A program made the position numbers and the translations under genes. 64,000 nt of DNA. It comes from an uncultured Gammaproteobacteria bacterium (lineage in GTDB: Bacteria; Patescibacteriota; Patescibacteriia; Magasanikbacterales; GWA2-37-8). Numbering within the stretch: position 1 is the stretch's first letter; the number at the start of each line of letters is the position of its first letter. Positions 19,898 through 30,105 of the stretch are shown piece by piece. Under the pieces are notes generated by a model that saw nothing but the letters and a program-made list of their open reading frames with translations, searched no databases and had not been told where the DNA came from. The DNA is taken from assembly GCA_964355175.1 (NCBI GenBank), contig CAYHBZ010000002.1, positions 204,537 through 268,536 of the forward strand, in the 5' to 3' direction.

Positions 19898-20179
19898 TTA
19901 GCTCGCCTTCAGCGCATCCTTCAAAGCTTTTCCGGCTTTGAATTTTGGTACCTTCACAGCTGGGATTTGAATTTTTTCAGTTGGCTTTTGTGGGTTGACA
20001 CCGGTGCGAGCGGCACGAGTCTTGGCACTAAAAGCACCAAAACCGGTGAGGACTACTTCTTCGTCTTTTTTCAAAGTGGCGATAGTGAGCTCCACAAAAG
20101 CGTTGAGCATGTCTTCGGCTTCACGCTTGGAAATATTTAATTTTTCAGATAGCGCTTGAGCTAATTCAGCTTTGTTCAT
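19898..20179 (-). CDS. hup: HU DNA-binding protein
   Basis: MNKAEL...GFGAF...RTGVNP...PKFKAGKALK. Confidence 0.95.
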   Translation of the reverse strand: MNKAELAQALSEKLNISKREAEDMLNAFVELTIATLKKDEEVVLTGFGAFSAKTRAARTGVNPQKPTEKIQIPAVKVPKFKAGKALKDALKAS

Positions 20180-20272
20180 ATGTTTATAAATAAATATTAT
20201 TTCTATATGATTATTATACCACAGTAGCTTTTTTTTCGCTACAATAGGCAATAATTACTTTTCCACAGCGCC

Positions 20273-21799
20273 TTAGCGAGCGTATTCGATGATGCGGGAT
20301 TCGCGGATCACGTTGATGCGAATTTCACCAGGATACTGCAAGTCTTCCTCTACTTTGTGAGCAATATCTTTGGCCAATTGGTAGGCGCCGTAGTCATCGA
20401 TTTCATTTGGTTTTACAAATACACGTACTTCACGGCCAGCTTGAATAGCATAAACTTTATCGATGCCAGGGAAAGACATTGCTGTCTTTTCCAATTCTTC
20501 GAGACGAGCGACAAACTGCTCGACACTGTCGCGACGAGCGCCGATGCGGGCACCGGAGATAGCGTCAGCGGCTTTGGCGATACAAGCATAAATACTTTGT
20601 GGTTTGTCCAAATGGTGATCGCGAGCGGCCTGACAAACATCATCGTCAATATTAAATTTTTTCAAAATTGCATAACCAATTTCTGGATGTGAACCTTGGG
20701 TTTCTTGGTCCACGGCTTTACCGATATCATGGAAGAAGCCGGCCTTCTTGGCTTTGGATTGATCCAGGCCAAGCTCGGCGGCCATGATGCCAGCGAGGTA
20801 TCCGGTTTCCATGGAGTGGTTCATAATGTTTTGACCGTAACTAGTACGGTATTTGAGACGACCGACAATGCCTACTAATTTTGGATCAATACCAACGATA
20901 TTCATTTTGTAGAGAGCTTCTTCGCCGGCTTTTTTAATAGCTAAAGATAATTCTTGTTTAGCTTTTTCTACAAATTCTTCAATACGAGCGGGCTGGATAC
21001 GTCCGTCGGCCATAAGTTTTTCCAAAGCCAAACGAGCCACTTCACGACGAATCGGGGAGAAACAAGAAATAATAATAGATTCCGGAGTGTCATCAATAAC
21101 GATTTCACAGCCGGTAAGTTTCTCGATAGTTTTAATATTGCGACCTTCTTTACCGATGATGCGGCCTTTCATTTCTTCGCTTGGAAGGTGAATTACTGAG
21201 CCGGTAGTTTCAGCGGAATGAGAAGAAGCGGTGCGCTGAATAGCTTCGGTCAAAAGATTACGAGCTTTTTCTTCGTAGTGTTCGGTAGCTTCTTTTTCCA
21301 ATTTAGTAATACGAGCGTAAAGATCGTTCTTGCTTTCTTCTTCTACAATAGCCAATAATTCCAATTTTGCCTCTTCTCTGGTAAGAGCGGACAATTGAGT
21401 CAGTCTTTCAGTTTGCTGTAATTTCAAATCTTCAACTTCTTGTTTGATGGCTTTGACGCGCTCCACTTTTTCTTGGAGTTTGGTCTGAGTATCTTGGAAT
21501 TCAAGCAACTTTTGGTCAAACATTGTTTCGCGTTTTTCTAGACGCTGTTGGGCACTATGTAATTCAGCGCGGATTTGCTTTTCCTCAGTTTTGGCATCCT
21601 CAATAATTTTTTGAGCCTTTTCTTTACCTTCAATTACCAATTCCTGTTGTTTGGTTTTGGCCTCGGTAAGCATTTTGTCTGCTCTGGCTTCCATGGAGTT
21701 GGCTTGGGCTTGGGCTAATTTCTTGCGTAAAAAGTATCCGCAAGCACCACCTATTAGCACTGCCACTACGGCCACGGCTAGCATGATCAACGAATTCAT
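20273..21799 (-). CDS. rny: Ribonuclease Y
   Basis: TM helix, coiled coil, KH (KGRIIGKEGRNI) and HD (HDIGK) domains. Confidence 0.95.
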   Translation of the reverse strand: MNSLIMLAVAVVAVLIGGACGYFLRKKLAQAQANSMEARADKMLTEAKTKQQELVIEGKEKAQKIIEDAKTEEKQIRAELHSAQQRLEKRETMFDQKLLEFQDTQTKLQEKVERVKAIKQEVEDLKLQQTERLTQLSALTREEAKLELLAIVEEESKNDLYARITKLEKEATEHYEEKARNLLTEAIQRTASSHSAETTGSVIHLPSEEMKGRIIGKEGRNIKTIEKLTGCEIVIDDTPESIIISCFSPIRREVARLALEKLMADGRIQPARIEEFVEKAKQELSLAIKKAGEEALYKMNIVGIDPKLVGIVGRLKYRTSYGQNIMNHSMETGYLAGIMAAELGLDQSKAKKAGFFHDIGKAVDQETQGSHPEIGYAILKKFNIDDDVCQAARDHHLDKPQSIYACIAKAADAISGARIGARRDSVEQFVARLEELEKTAMSFPGIDKVYAIQAGREVRVFVKPNEIDDYGAYQLAKDIAHKVEEDLQYPGEIRINVIRESRIIEYAR

Positions 21800-22048
21800 A
21801 TATAAAAAATCTTTCAGAGTGAACTGAAAGACAGCTTTTTGCCAATTAGTGGCAAAATAGGAAGAATTTTGGTTGGAATTACAAATTATCCCGAATCAAT
21901 CGGGGCGGCATCTATATGGTCAGAGAAAAAGTCGATTTTGAAGCGATATTTTCTGTCAATCTAACCGATAAAATGTTGAAATTTGTAGTCATTTTAGCCA
22001 AATTTTACGTATTCTTCCAAATGCTGTTTTCAGAGTCAGCTCAGTTGG

Positions 22049-22822
22049 TTATTTAAGTGCTTTTATCATAGCACAAATGTTCCCAAATGTCAATTTAAGC
22101 CAATTTTGAGTAGGGGATTTTTTACTATGATCTTTTTGCTCAAAATAGTCTTTTAAATTTTTTATTTGTATGGCTTGGTCTATGCTATAGTCGCCGATTT
22201 TGGTACGGCGTAGGGCGCTGCAATAAGCACCTGTCCCCAGCTGTCTGCCAATATCGTCAGCCAAAGTGCGGATATAGGTACCCGCTGAGCTGTGGACCTG
22301 GATGGTAAGCTGGGGGTAGGAATAATCCAAAAGTTTAATTTCAAAAATGGTGATATGGCTTGGTTCGCGCTTCACTTCTTTACCTTTGCGCGCCAACTTG
22401 TAGAGTCTTTGGCCGTTTACCTTTTTGGCGGAAAACATGGGTGGGAGTTGGTCTTGGGGGCCGATAAAATTCTTTAGTACTCTTTCTATTTCCGCCACAG
22501 CTACCGGTTTGGATTCGGGATTTTTTACTATGGTGCCAGTGCTATCAAAGGTATCAGAAGTAGAGCCTAGTTCTAAAGTGGCGATATAAGTTTTGGAAAG
22601 ATGGGTGAATTGGTCTATTTTTTTGGTATTTTCACGACCGACGGCAATAAGTAATAAGCCAGTAGCAAAGGGATCAAGAGTGCCGGTATGGCCTACTTTT
22701 ACATTCTTTATCCCATTGGTATGGTAAAGCTGTGAGCGAATAAAATTAACCGCGTCAAAACTGGTCCAGGTGGCTGGTTTATCAATTAATATTAGATCTT
22801 TATTTAAAAATTCATTATTCAT
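22049..22822 (-). CDS. truB: tRNA pseudouridine(55) synthase
   Basis: KVGHTGTLDPFATG, PPMFSAKK and GTYIRTL motifs. Confidence 0.95.
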   Translation of the reverse strand: MNNEFLNKDLILIDKPATWTSFDAVNFIRSQLYHTNGIKNVKVGHTGTLDPFATGLLLIAVGRENTKKIDQFTHLSKTYIATLELGSTSDTFDSTGTIVKNPESKPVAVAEIERVLKNFIGPQDQLPPMFSAKKVNGQRLYKLARKGKEVKREPSHITIFEIKLLDYSYPQLTIQVHSSAGTYIRTLADDIGRQLGTGAYCSALRRTKIGDYSIDQAIQIKNLKDYFEQKDHSKKSPTQNWLKLTFGNICAMIKALK

Positions 22823-22981
22823 TGGGGAAGGATGCGGGACGGCGCGCGCTGGTCAGGAGGGGGTCCTGTGCGCGCGCCGTCCCAATGTCATCATTGTGAA
22901 ATGCTCTTGGTCCCGCCGCGCGGGCAGGGAAGAGTCAATAGACTCTGCGAAAAACGGCAGTGAGCCTTCAAGACGACATAG
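22823..22981 (-). ncRNA. Candidate GC-rich structured RNA between truB and infB
   Basis: Multi-stem fold plus GGGACGGCGCGCGC/GCGCGCGCCGTCCC stem; possible TTGACT-17-TACTTT promoter on minus strand. Confidence 0.45.
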
Positions 22982-23070
22982 GGTAAAGTAGTCTAAATTT
23001 TTATAAAAGTCAATCGCGGTCCAGGGTTTGACTTTCTGATGAATTTGCATTATAATAAAGCAATAATAAT

Positions 23071-25086
23071 ATGAATGTTAGTGAATTAGCCCGACAACTT
23101 CGCGTTCATCCCGCAAAGCTCCTGCAAATCCTGCCGGAGTTTGGTTTTGATATCGGCGCCCGCGCGGTGAAAATTGATGATCGTGTGGCGGCTCAAATTC
23201 AACGCGATTGGCGCCGAATAAAATTTGTGCTCGAAGACCGTGAACTCAAAGCTAAAGAAAAAGAAAAAGAATTGGAACGCCAGCTTCGTAAAGAAAGTGG
23301 CGCGACTGTAGAAATACCAAATGTCCTGACGGTACGTGAACTTTCGGATATTCTAAATATTCCAATCAACAAATTAATTTTGGAATTAATGAAGAATGGC
23401 ATCTTGTCTACTCAAAATGAAAAAATAGATCGCGAAACTGCGGTGTTGATGGCGCAAGAACTGGGTTTTTCCGCGGTGCTCAAAGAAGAAAAAGCTGACA
23501 TCGAAGATTCCACTCATTTAGAAAATTTAGAAAAAATATTAGCTTCCGGAAATGATACCCCGCGTCCACCGGTGGTAGTGGTAATGGGTCATGTGGACCA
23601 TGGTAAAACAAAATTACTTGATTCGATTCGCTCTACCGACGTAGTATCTGGTGAAGCCGGTGGTATTACCCAGCATATTGGTGCTTATCAAGTAATTTGG
23701 AATAATCCAAAAACCAAAGAAAAATCTCCGCTTACTTTTATTGATACTCCTGGTCACGAAGCTTTTACGGTAATGCGGTCTCGCGGTGCCAAAGTGGCTG
23801 ATATTGCTATTTTGGTAGTAGCCGCTGACGATGGTGTGAAGCCACAAACCGTGGAAGCAATCAATATTATTAAAGCGGCCAAATTGCCGGTAATTGTGGC
23901 TATCAATAAAATTGATAAACCGGCCGCCGATGCGCAGAAAGTACGCTCTGAAGTTTCTCAATATGGATTGATTCCAGATGATTGGGGTGGCGAGGTGCCG
24001 ATGATTGAAATTTCTGCCAAAAATAATTTGAATATTGATAAACTTTTGGATTCGATATTGTTATTGGCTGAATTAAATGCTGGTACGATAAAAGCCGACG
24101 CTACTCGCGCCGCGGCTGGTACGGTGATTGAAGCTCACGTCGACAAAGGTCAGGGTCCGGTAGCGACCGTATTGGTGCAGACCGGTACTTTGAAAGTAAA
24201 TGATCCGCTCGTAGTGAATGGTGAAATTTACGGCAAAGTGCGTGCCATGAAAAATTATCGTGGTGAAGATATCAAGACCGCTGTGCCTAGTACGCCGGTG
24301 AGAATTCTTGGTTTTAAATTAGCACCACGCGTAGGGGATGTATTGGATGTAGGTAGTGTGGGTGAAGCGACAGAAATTAATTTGAAAAATAAGCGTGTTC
24401 AAAATACCGGTGCCGAACAGCGTCCGGTGGTATCGACCGGTGACACCGAAGCGGATGAAGCGCGTAAGACTTTTAACATTGTTATCAAAACCGACGTGCT
24501 TGGATCGCTGGAAGCCATTACTGCTTCGCTTGAAAAGATTAAAAATGAAGAAGTGAGCGTGAAAGTAGTAGGCAAAGGTTTGGGTAATATTACGGCTGAC
24601 GATGTATCTTTGGCCTCGGCTACGGGTGCACAAGTATTTGCTTTCAACGTGGCCTCTAGTTCTTTGGCCAATGAAATGATGGGCAATACCGGCGTAGTAT
24701 TTAAGCAGTTCAAAATTATTTACGATCTTTTTGATTATGTCAAAGAAGAATTGGAAAAACTTTTGAATCCAGAATTAATTATTACCGAACTTGGCAATCT
24801 CAAAATCATGGCTATTTTTCGTACGGACAAAGGCTATATGATCGTCGGTGGCCGCGTAGAAATGGGCAAATTACAAAAAGATTGCAAAGTGCGCGTGAAA
24901 CGCAACAAAGAAATTATTGGCAAAGGCGCACTGTCTCATCTGCAGACCGGTAAACAGGAAGTAAAAGAAATTCCTGAAGGTACGGAATGTGGTGTGCAGT
25001 TTGATGGGAAGCTTCGTCTAGAAGAAGGGGATATATTAGAGGCTTACAAGGAAGAAAAGAAGGAGAAGAAATTGGTTTTGAGTTAG
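23071..25086 (+). CDS. infB: Translation initiation factor IF-2
   Basis: [27 protein letters not shown] and NKID motifs. Confidence 0.97.
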   Translation: MNVSELARQLRVHPAKLLQILPEFGFDIGARAVKIDDRVAAQIQRDWRRIKFVLEDRELKAKEKEKELERQLRKESGATVEIPNVLTVRELSDILNIPINKLILELMKNGILSTQNEKIDRETAVLMAQELGFSAVLKEEKADIEDSTHLENLEKILASGNDTPRPPVVVVMGHVDHGKTKLLDSIRSTDVVSGEAGGITQHIGAYQVIWNNPKTKEKSPLTFIDTPGHEAFTVMRSRGAKVADIAILVVAADDGVKPQTVEAINIIKAAKLPVIVAINKIDKPAADAQKVRSEVSQYGLIPDDWGGEVPMIEISAKNNLNIDKLLDSILLLAELNAGTIKADATRAAAGTVIEAHVDKGQGPVATVLVQTGTLKVNDPLVVNGEIYGKVRAMKNYRGEDIKTAVPSTPVRILGFKLAPRVGDVLDVGSVGEATEINLKNKRVQNTGAEQRPVVSTGDTEADEARKTFNIVIKTDVLGSLEAITASLEKIKNEEVSVKVVGKGLGNITADDVSLASATGAQVFAFNVASSSLANEMMGNTGVVFKQFKIIYDLFDYVKEELEKLLNPELIITELGNLKIMAIFRTDKGYMIVGGRVEMGKLQKDCKVRVKRNKEIIGKGALSHLQTGKQEVKEIPEGTECGVQFDGKLRLEEGDILEAYKEEKKEKKLVLS

Positions 25087-25099
25087 TGCACATTTTTTC

Positions 25100-25273
25100 G
25101 ATAAAATATTTTCCACTCGTTCACAGTGAAAATACTCGGATAATTTGTAACTCGCTCAGCTCTGGCCCTGAACTCGTCGCTTGGCTCCTCAAACAGCAGG
25201 GCCAGCCACGCTTCACGACTCACAAATTATTTCCTCGTATTTTCAATGTTCACTCGTTGGAAAATGTTTTATC
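25100..25273. repeat. Structured intergenic repeat, copy 1
   Basis: Nested inverted repeats; core AACTCGTCGCTTGGCTCCTCA shared with 46906-47086. Confidence 0.75.
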
Positions 25274-25309
25274 TCTAAAAACATTTAAATAATTTTTAAC
25301 TTTTTTTAT

Positions 25310-25630
25310 ATGGAACATATATTTACTGACGGAAATTTTAAAGTTGAGGTTTTGGAAAGCCAAGTGCCGGTGTTTGTGGATTTTTGGGCTCCTTGGTGCG
25401 GGCCTTGTCAGATGATGGGGCCGGTGGTGGAAGAATTGGCCAAAGAGCTGGAAGGTAAGAATATCAAAATTGGCAAATTGAATGTGGATGAAAATAATGA
25501 TACTTCTACGGCTTATAGCGTAATGAGTATCCCAACTTTTCTTATTTTCAAAGGCGGAGAAGTGGTGGATCAAATTACCGGTGGTGTGCAAAAGGAAAAG
25601 TTGAAGGAAATGATGTCTAAATATTTGTAA
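25310..25630 (+). CDS. trxA: Thioredoxin
   Basis: WCGPC active site. Confidence 0.95.
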   Translation: MEHIFTDGNFKVEVLESQVPVFVDFWAPWCGPCQMMGPVVEELAKELEGKNIKIGKLNVDENNDTSTAYSVMSIPTFLIFKGGEVVDQITGGVQKEKLKEMMSKYL

Positions 25631-25660
25631 ATTAATCCCGACTACGGTCGGGATTTTTTT

Positions 25661-25975
25661 ATGTTTCCTATTGTCCTACTATTTATTGGGGGAGTGGTGC
25701 TCACCGTTGGTGATATTGTGATGAAAAAATGGGTGGTGAGCAGGGCCAATTCTTGGTATTTTTTCGGTTTGCTAATTTATATGATCGGATTAAATTTTTT
25801 GGCGCAGAGTTTTAGGTATAAGAATATTGCCGCCGCTTCTACTATTTTTGTAATTTTTAACGTGATTACTCTATCATTGGTGAGCTGGTTTTATTTTAAA
25901 GAAACTTTGTCTCCATTTCAGATTATAGGTATAGCGCTTGGTATCATAGCGATTTTATTTTTAGAGATGGCTTGA
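25661..25975 (+). CDS. SMR/EamA-like small membrane transporter
   Basis: 104 aa, 4 TM helices, FKETLS...IIGI. Confidence 0.75.
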   Translation: MFPIVLLFIGGVVLTVGDIVMKKWVVSRANSWYFFGLLIYMIGLNFLAQSFRYKNIAAASTIFVIFNVITLSLVSWFYFKETLSPFQIIGIALGIIAILFLEMA

Positions 25976-26040
25976 TATTGTTGATTCTTAACTTAAATTA
26001 AGGTATAATTTATTTAATTAAAATTAATTTAACAAAATAT

Positions 26041-26409
26041 ATGAATTACTATCGAGCAGTTTTAAATAAGTATGCGGAATTCAGTGGTCGTGCTCAGAGA
26101 GCGGAATATTGGTATTTTGTTTTATGTAATTTTTTAATTGGCCTTGGTCTTATTATTATCGGCAGTATTATTTTTAGTAAAGGCGTTGGTCAAGCACTAA
26201 ATACTTTGTATAGCTTGGCAGTACTTATTCCTAGTTTGGCGGTTGGGGTAAGAAGATTACATGATATCGGGAAAAGCGGTTGGTGGTTATTTTTGGTGTT
26301 GATACCGCTAGTTGGTCCAATCTGGCTTTTGGTGTTGATGATTACTGATAGTAATCCTGGTGATAATCAGTACGGTCCAAATCCAAAAGGCGTAGTAGTG
26401 GCCAAATAA
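26041..26409 (+). CDS. DUF805 membrane protein
   Basis: FSGRAQRAEYW, VRRLHDIGKSGW and NQYGPNP motifs. Confidence 0.9.
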   Translation: MNYYRAVLNKYAEFSGRAQRAEYWYFVLCNFLIGLGLIIIGSIIFSKGVGQALNTLYSLAVLIPSLAVGVRRLHDIGKSGWWLFLVLIPLVGPIWLLVLMITDSNPGDNQYGPNPKGVVVAK

Positions 26410-26538
26410 AAATAATTAATAATAAAATTTTTTAAAACATTCCAATTTAATTGGGATGTTTTTTGTTAATTTGCAAGGATTTTAGTGGATAATTTGCAGG
26501 TTGATTTCGCCTGCCAGATAGGGTAAAATAACCCCGCT

Positions 26539-29500
26539 ATGAAAGACTTTGTTCATCTCCATGTCCATTCGCATTATTCGCTTCTAGAAGGCTTGGCCAA
26601 GGTGCCGGAGCTTGTAAAAGCTGCCAAAAAGCGTGGTTTTTCGGCGTTGGCGCTGACTGATCATGGGAATATGTACGGGGCGATTGAGTTTTATCAGGAG
26701 TGTGAAAAAAATGATATTAAGCCAATTATTGGCACGGAAGTATATGTGGCTCCCAAAAGCCATCTCGACAGAGATGAACACGAAAATTATTCACGCTTGG
26801 TATTGCTCGCGATGGACAACGAGGGCTATCATAATTTGGTAATCCTTACTTCAATTTCTCAGACCGATGGTTTGCATATCAAGCCACGCGTGGACAAAGA
26901 ATTATTAAAAAAACACAGTGCCGGTATTGTGGCGCTCTCGGGTGGCTATGATGGCGAAGTGGCTTTGGCTATCCGCAAAGAAAATGATTTGAAAAAAGCT
27001 AAGAAGATCGCCTTGGAGTATAATAATATTTTTGGACAAGATAATTTTTATTTGGAATTAATGGATTTGCCGGCGCGTGAAGGGCAGACCGAATTAAATT
27101 CTACTTTGATTGATCTAGGTCAAGATACTGGTATCCCGCTGGTAGTCACGCGCGATGTACATTATCTAAATCCCGACGATGCGGAAGCGCAGGATGTGCT
27201 TACCTGTATTCGCGATGGTAAAAACGTGGAAGATGTTAGTCGTTATTCCATGGTGGGTTTGGATTATTCTTTTTGCAAAGCCGAAGATGTAATCAGTCGG
27301 TTTGGACACATTAAAAGTGCTATTGAGAATACCGCAAAAATCGCGGAGCGTGCCAATTTAAAATTGATTTTAAACAAGTGGCATTTCCCGCATATTGATT
27401 TGCCGCCCGGTAAAAATGCTGATGAGTATCTTAGTGATCTGGTGTATGAGCGCCTGGCAAAATTAATTAATATTGATGATAAGGCGCGCGAGCGTATTGA
27501 ATATGAACTGGGTATTATTAAAACTAAAGGCTATTCGCCATATTTTATTGTAGTGGCGGACTATGTGAATTATGCCCATGATCACGGTATTGTAGAAACT
27601 ACTCGTGGTTCTGGTGCTGGTTCTATCGTGGCTTATGGCATGGGTATTACCACTGTAAATCCGCTTTATTTTAAATTACCGTTTGAGCGTTTTTTAAATC
27701 CTTACCGTCCGAGTGCGCCGGATTTTGATGCGGATTTTGCCGATGATCGCCGTGATGAAATGATAGCGTATGTAACCAAAAAATATGGCGCTGATAAAGT
27801 GGCGCAGATTATTACTTTTGGTACTATGGCGGCGCGCGGAGCAATTCGTGATGTTGGGCGTGCTTTGGGTTATTCTTATTCTTTTTGTGACCAAGTCTCC
27901 AAGATGATCCCGATGGGTGCGCAAGGTTTTCAAATGACTTTGGATAAAGCTATGACTTTGGAAAAAGATTTAGGTGAGCTTTATAAGAAAAATCCGCAAG
28001 TACAAAGATTGATTGATTTGGCTAAAAAAATTGAAGGCTGCGCGCGTCACACTTCGATGCATGCGGCTGGTGTGGTAATTTCGCCAACAGCCCTGACCGA
28101 CTTCACTCCTATCCAATATGAAACCGGTGGTGGAAAAATTACTACACAATATGAAATGCACGCGGTAGAAGCGGCTGGTCTGCTCAAGATGGATTTTCTT
28201 GGTATTCGTAACCTTTCTATCTTGGGACGCGCTGTCGAAATCGTAGAAAAAACTACTGGCAAAAAAATTGATATTTTCAAAATTCCCTGGGACGATCAAA
28301 AAACTTATGATATGCTGTCGCGCGGTGAAACCAACAGTGTGTTTCAATTGTCTGGCTCGGGCATTACTCGCTACCTCAAAGAACTAAAGCCGTCTACTAT
28401 TTTTGATATCACCGCGATGGTGGCACTGTTTCGTCCTGGCCCGATGGAACAGATTCCAGAATATATTCGCCGTAAACATCATCCGGAAATGGTGGATTAT
28501 TTGGATCCACGCATGAAAGAATATTTGGATCAGTCTTTGGGTTTGATTGTGTATCAGGACGATGTTTTGCTTACCTCTATTCATCTGGCTGGATACAACT
28601 GGGAAGAAGCGGATAAATTTCGCAAAGCCATGGGTAAGAAAATTCCAGAAGAAATGGCGAAGCAAAAAGAAAAATTTGTAAAAGGCTGTCGCGAATTTGG
28701 TAAATTGCCGGAAGCAAAAATTCATTTGCTGTGGGAAATGATTGAACCGTTTGCGGCATATGGTTTTAATAAAGCCCATGCGGCCAGCTATGGGGTGGTG
28801 GCGTATCAGACCGCCTATATGAAGGCTAATTTCCCGGTACAGTATATGACCGCGGTGCTTATCGCGGAAAGTGGGGACATGGATAAAGTGCCGGAAATTA
28901 TCCGTGAATGTGAGCGTATGGGGGTAAAGGTAAAACCACCGGATGTAAATGAAAGTATGAAAACTTTCGCCATGATTGGTTGGGAAAATGGTGGGGAAGC
29001 GCATATTCGTTTTGGTCTAAGCGGTGTGAAAAATCTCGGCGAACACATTGCCGAAGCGATTTATAATGAGCGTCAAAATAATGGACCCTATAAAGATCTG
29101 ACTGACTTCTTGCAACGAGTGCAACATAAAGATCTGAACAAAAAGTCACTCGAGAGTCTGGCCAAATGTGGAGCTCTGGATTATTTTGGATTTGATCGTG
29201 GTGTTCTTTTGGCTAATACCGAAAATTTATTATATTTTTCCAAGAATTTTGGTGAACAACAAAGAACTTCTCAAAATTCTCTTTTTGCCGGTACTGGAAT
29301 AGACTTTTCTTCCAAGCTCCATCTAGCAAAGGCACCTAATGCCACTCAAGATGAGGTGTTGATCTGGGAAAAAGAATTGTTGGGTTTGTATGTGACTGCG
29401 CATCCGTTTGCGCCGTTTGCAGAGCAGCTGTCCTCATGTCTGACCAATATCAAAGATTTGGGTGGCTATAGCCGTAATGAATGGATTATTGTAGGCGGTA

Positions 29501-30000
29501 TCATTGATAGTGTAAAGAAAAAAATTACGCGCAGTGGTTCGCCGATGAGTTTCGTAAATATTCAGGACACTACGGATCGTCTGGAACTTTTGGTATTTCC
29601 AAAAGTTTATGAAAGAACCAAAGAGATTTGGGCCGAAGGCAGAATGGTAGTGGTAGTAGGTAAAACTTCACAGGAAGAAGGGGATAACAAACTTTTTGTA
29701 GAAAAGGCTTATGCTCTGAGTATGGAAAACGCGCCTCAGTTGGCCGCGCAGCTGGGTGGTAGCAAAAATAATTCTATCCGCCAGTATGTGTCTCCAGAAT
29801 TGGCGGAAAAAAGTTTTGAAATTAATATTGCTGCCGATCGTTTAAAAATTAAAGCCGATGGTATTAAAGCCCTGTTGGCTTCAATGCCGGGAGAGGAAGC
29901 GGTGTATTTGGTGGTAGGGGATAAGAAGATAAAAACTTCTTACAAGATACAATCAAGCCAAGAATTTAAAGACAAGCTCAGGATAATTTTAGAAAGTTGA
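26539..30000 (+). CDS. dnaE: DNA polymerase III alpha subunit
   Basis: PHP domain HLHVHSHYSLL; RGSGAGS, PDFDADF and YGFNKAHA motifs. Confidence 0.97.
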   Translation: MKDFVHLHVHSHYSLLEGLAKVPELVKAAKKRGFSALALTDHGNMYGAIEFYQECEKNDIKPIIGTEVYVAPKSHLDRDEHENYSRLVLLAMDNEGYHNLVILTSISQTDGLHIKPRVDKELLKKHSAGIVALSGGYDGEVALAIRKENDLKKAKKIALEYNNIFGQDNFYLELMDLPAREGQTELNSTLIDLGQDTGIPLVVTRDVHYLNPDDAEAQDVLTCIRDGKNVEDVSRYSMVGLDYSFCKAEDVISRFGHIKSAIENTAKIAERANLKLILNKWHFPHIDLPPGKNADEYLSDLVYERLAKLINIDDKARERIEYELGIIKTKGYSPYFIVVADYVNYAHDHGIVETTRGSGAGSIVAYGMGITTVNPLYFKLPFERFLNPYRPSAPDFDADFADDRRDEMIAYVTKKYGADKVAQIITFGTMAARGAIRDVGRALGYSYSFCDQVSKMIPMGAQGFQMTLDKAMTLEKDLGELYKKNPQVQRLIDLAKKIEGCARHTSMHAAGVVISPTALTDFTPIQYETGGGKITTQYEMHAVEAAGLLKMDFLGIRNLSILGRAVEIVEKTTGKKIDIFKIPWDDQKTYDMLSRGETNSVFQLSGSGITRYLKELKPSTIFDITAMVALFRPGPMEQIPEYIRRKHHPEMVDYLDPRMKEYLDQSLGLIVYQDDVLLTSIHLAGYNWEEADKFRKAMGKKIPEEMAKQKEKFVKGCREFGKLPEAKIHLLWEMIEPFAAYGFNKAHAASYGVVAYQTAYMKANFPVQYMTAVLIAESGDMDKVPEIIRECERMGVKVKPPDVNESMKTFAMIGWENGGEAHIRFGLSGVKNLGEHIAEAIYNERQNNGPYKDLTDFLQRVQHKDLNKKSLESLAKCGALDYFGFDRGVLLANTENLLYFSKNFGEQQRTSQNSLFAGTGIDFSSKLHLAKAPNATQDEVLIWEKELLGLYVTAHPFAPFAEQLSSCLTNIKDLGGYSRNEWIIVGGIIDSVKKKITRSGSPMSFVNIQDTTDRLELLVFPKVYERTKEIWAEGRMVVVVGKTSQEEGDNKLFVEKAYALSMENAPQLAAQLGGSKNNSIRQYVSPELAEKSFEINIAADRLKIKADGIKALLASMPGEEAVYLVVGDKKIKTSYKIQSSQEFKDKLRIILES

Positions 30001-30010
30001 ATGTGATAAA

Positions 30011-30077
30011 AAGATTCTTCGCTCTGCTCGGGATGACAGTGGTGTGAAAGGGATCCTTCGCTGGCGCTCAGGATGAA
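30011..30077. repeat. REP/MITE-like GATCCTTCGCT...CTCAGGATGA half-elements
   Basis: Two tandem copies; related sequences at 34473-34551 and 37800-37835. Confidence 0.55.
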
Positions 30078-30105
30078 TTAAAAAACCCGACTTGGTCGGG
30101 ATTTT

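Noticed and set aside
22836-22883. SRP RNA (ffs)
   Set aside because: Lacks the GGAA tetraloop and the CAGG/AGCAG domain IV loop.
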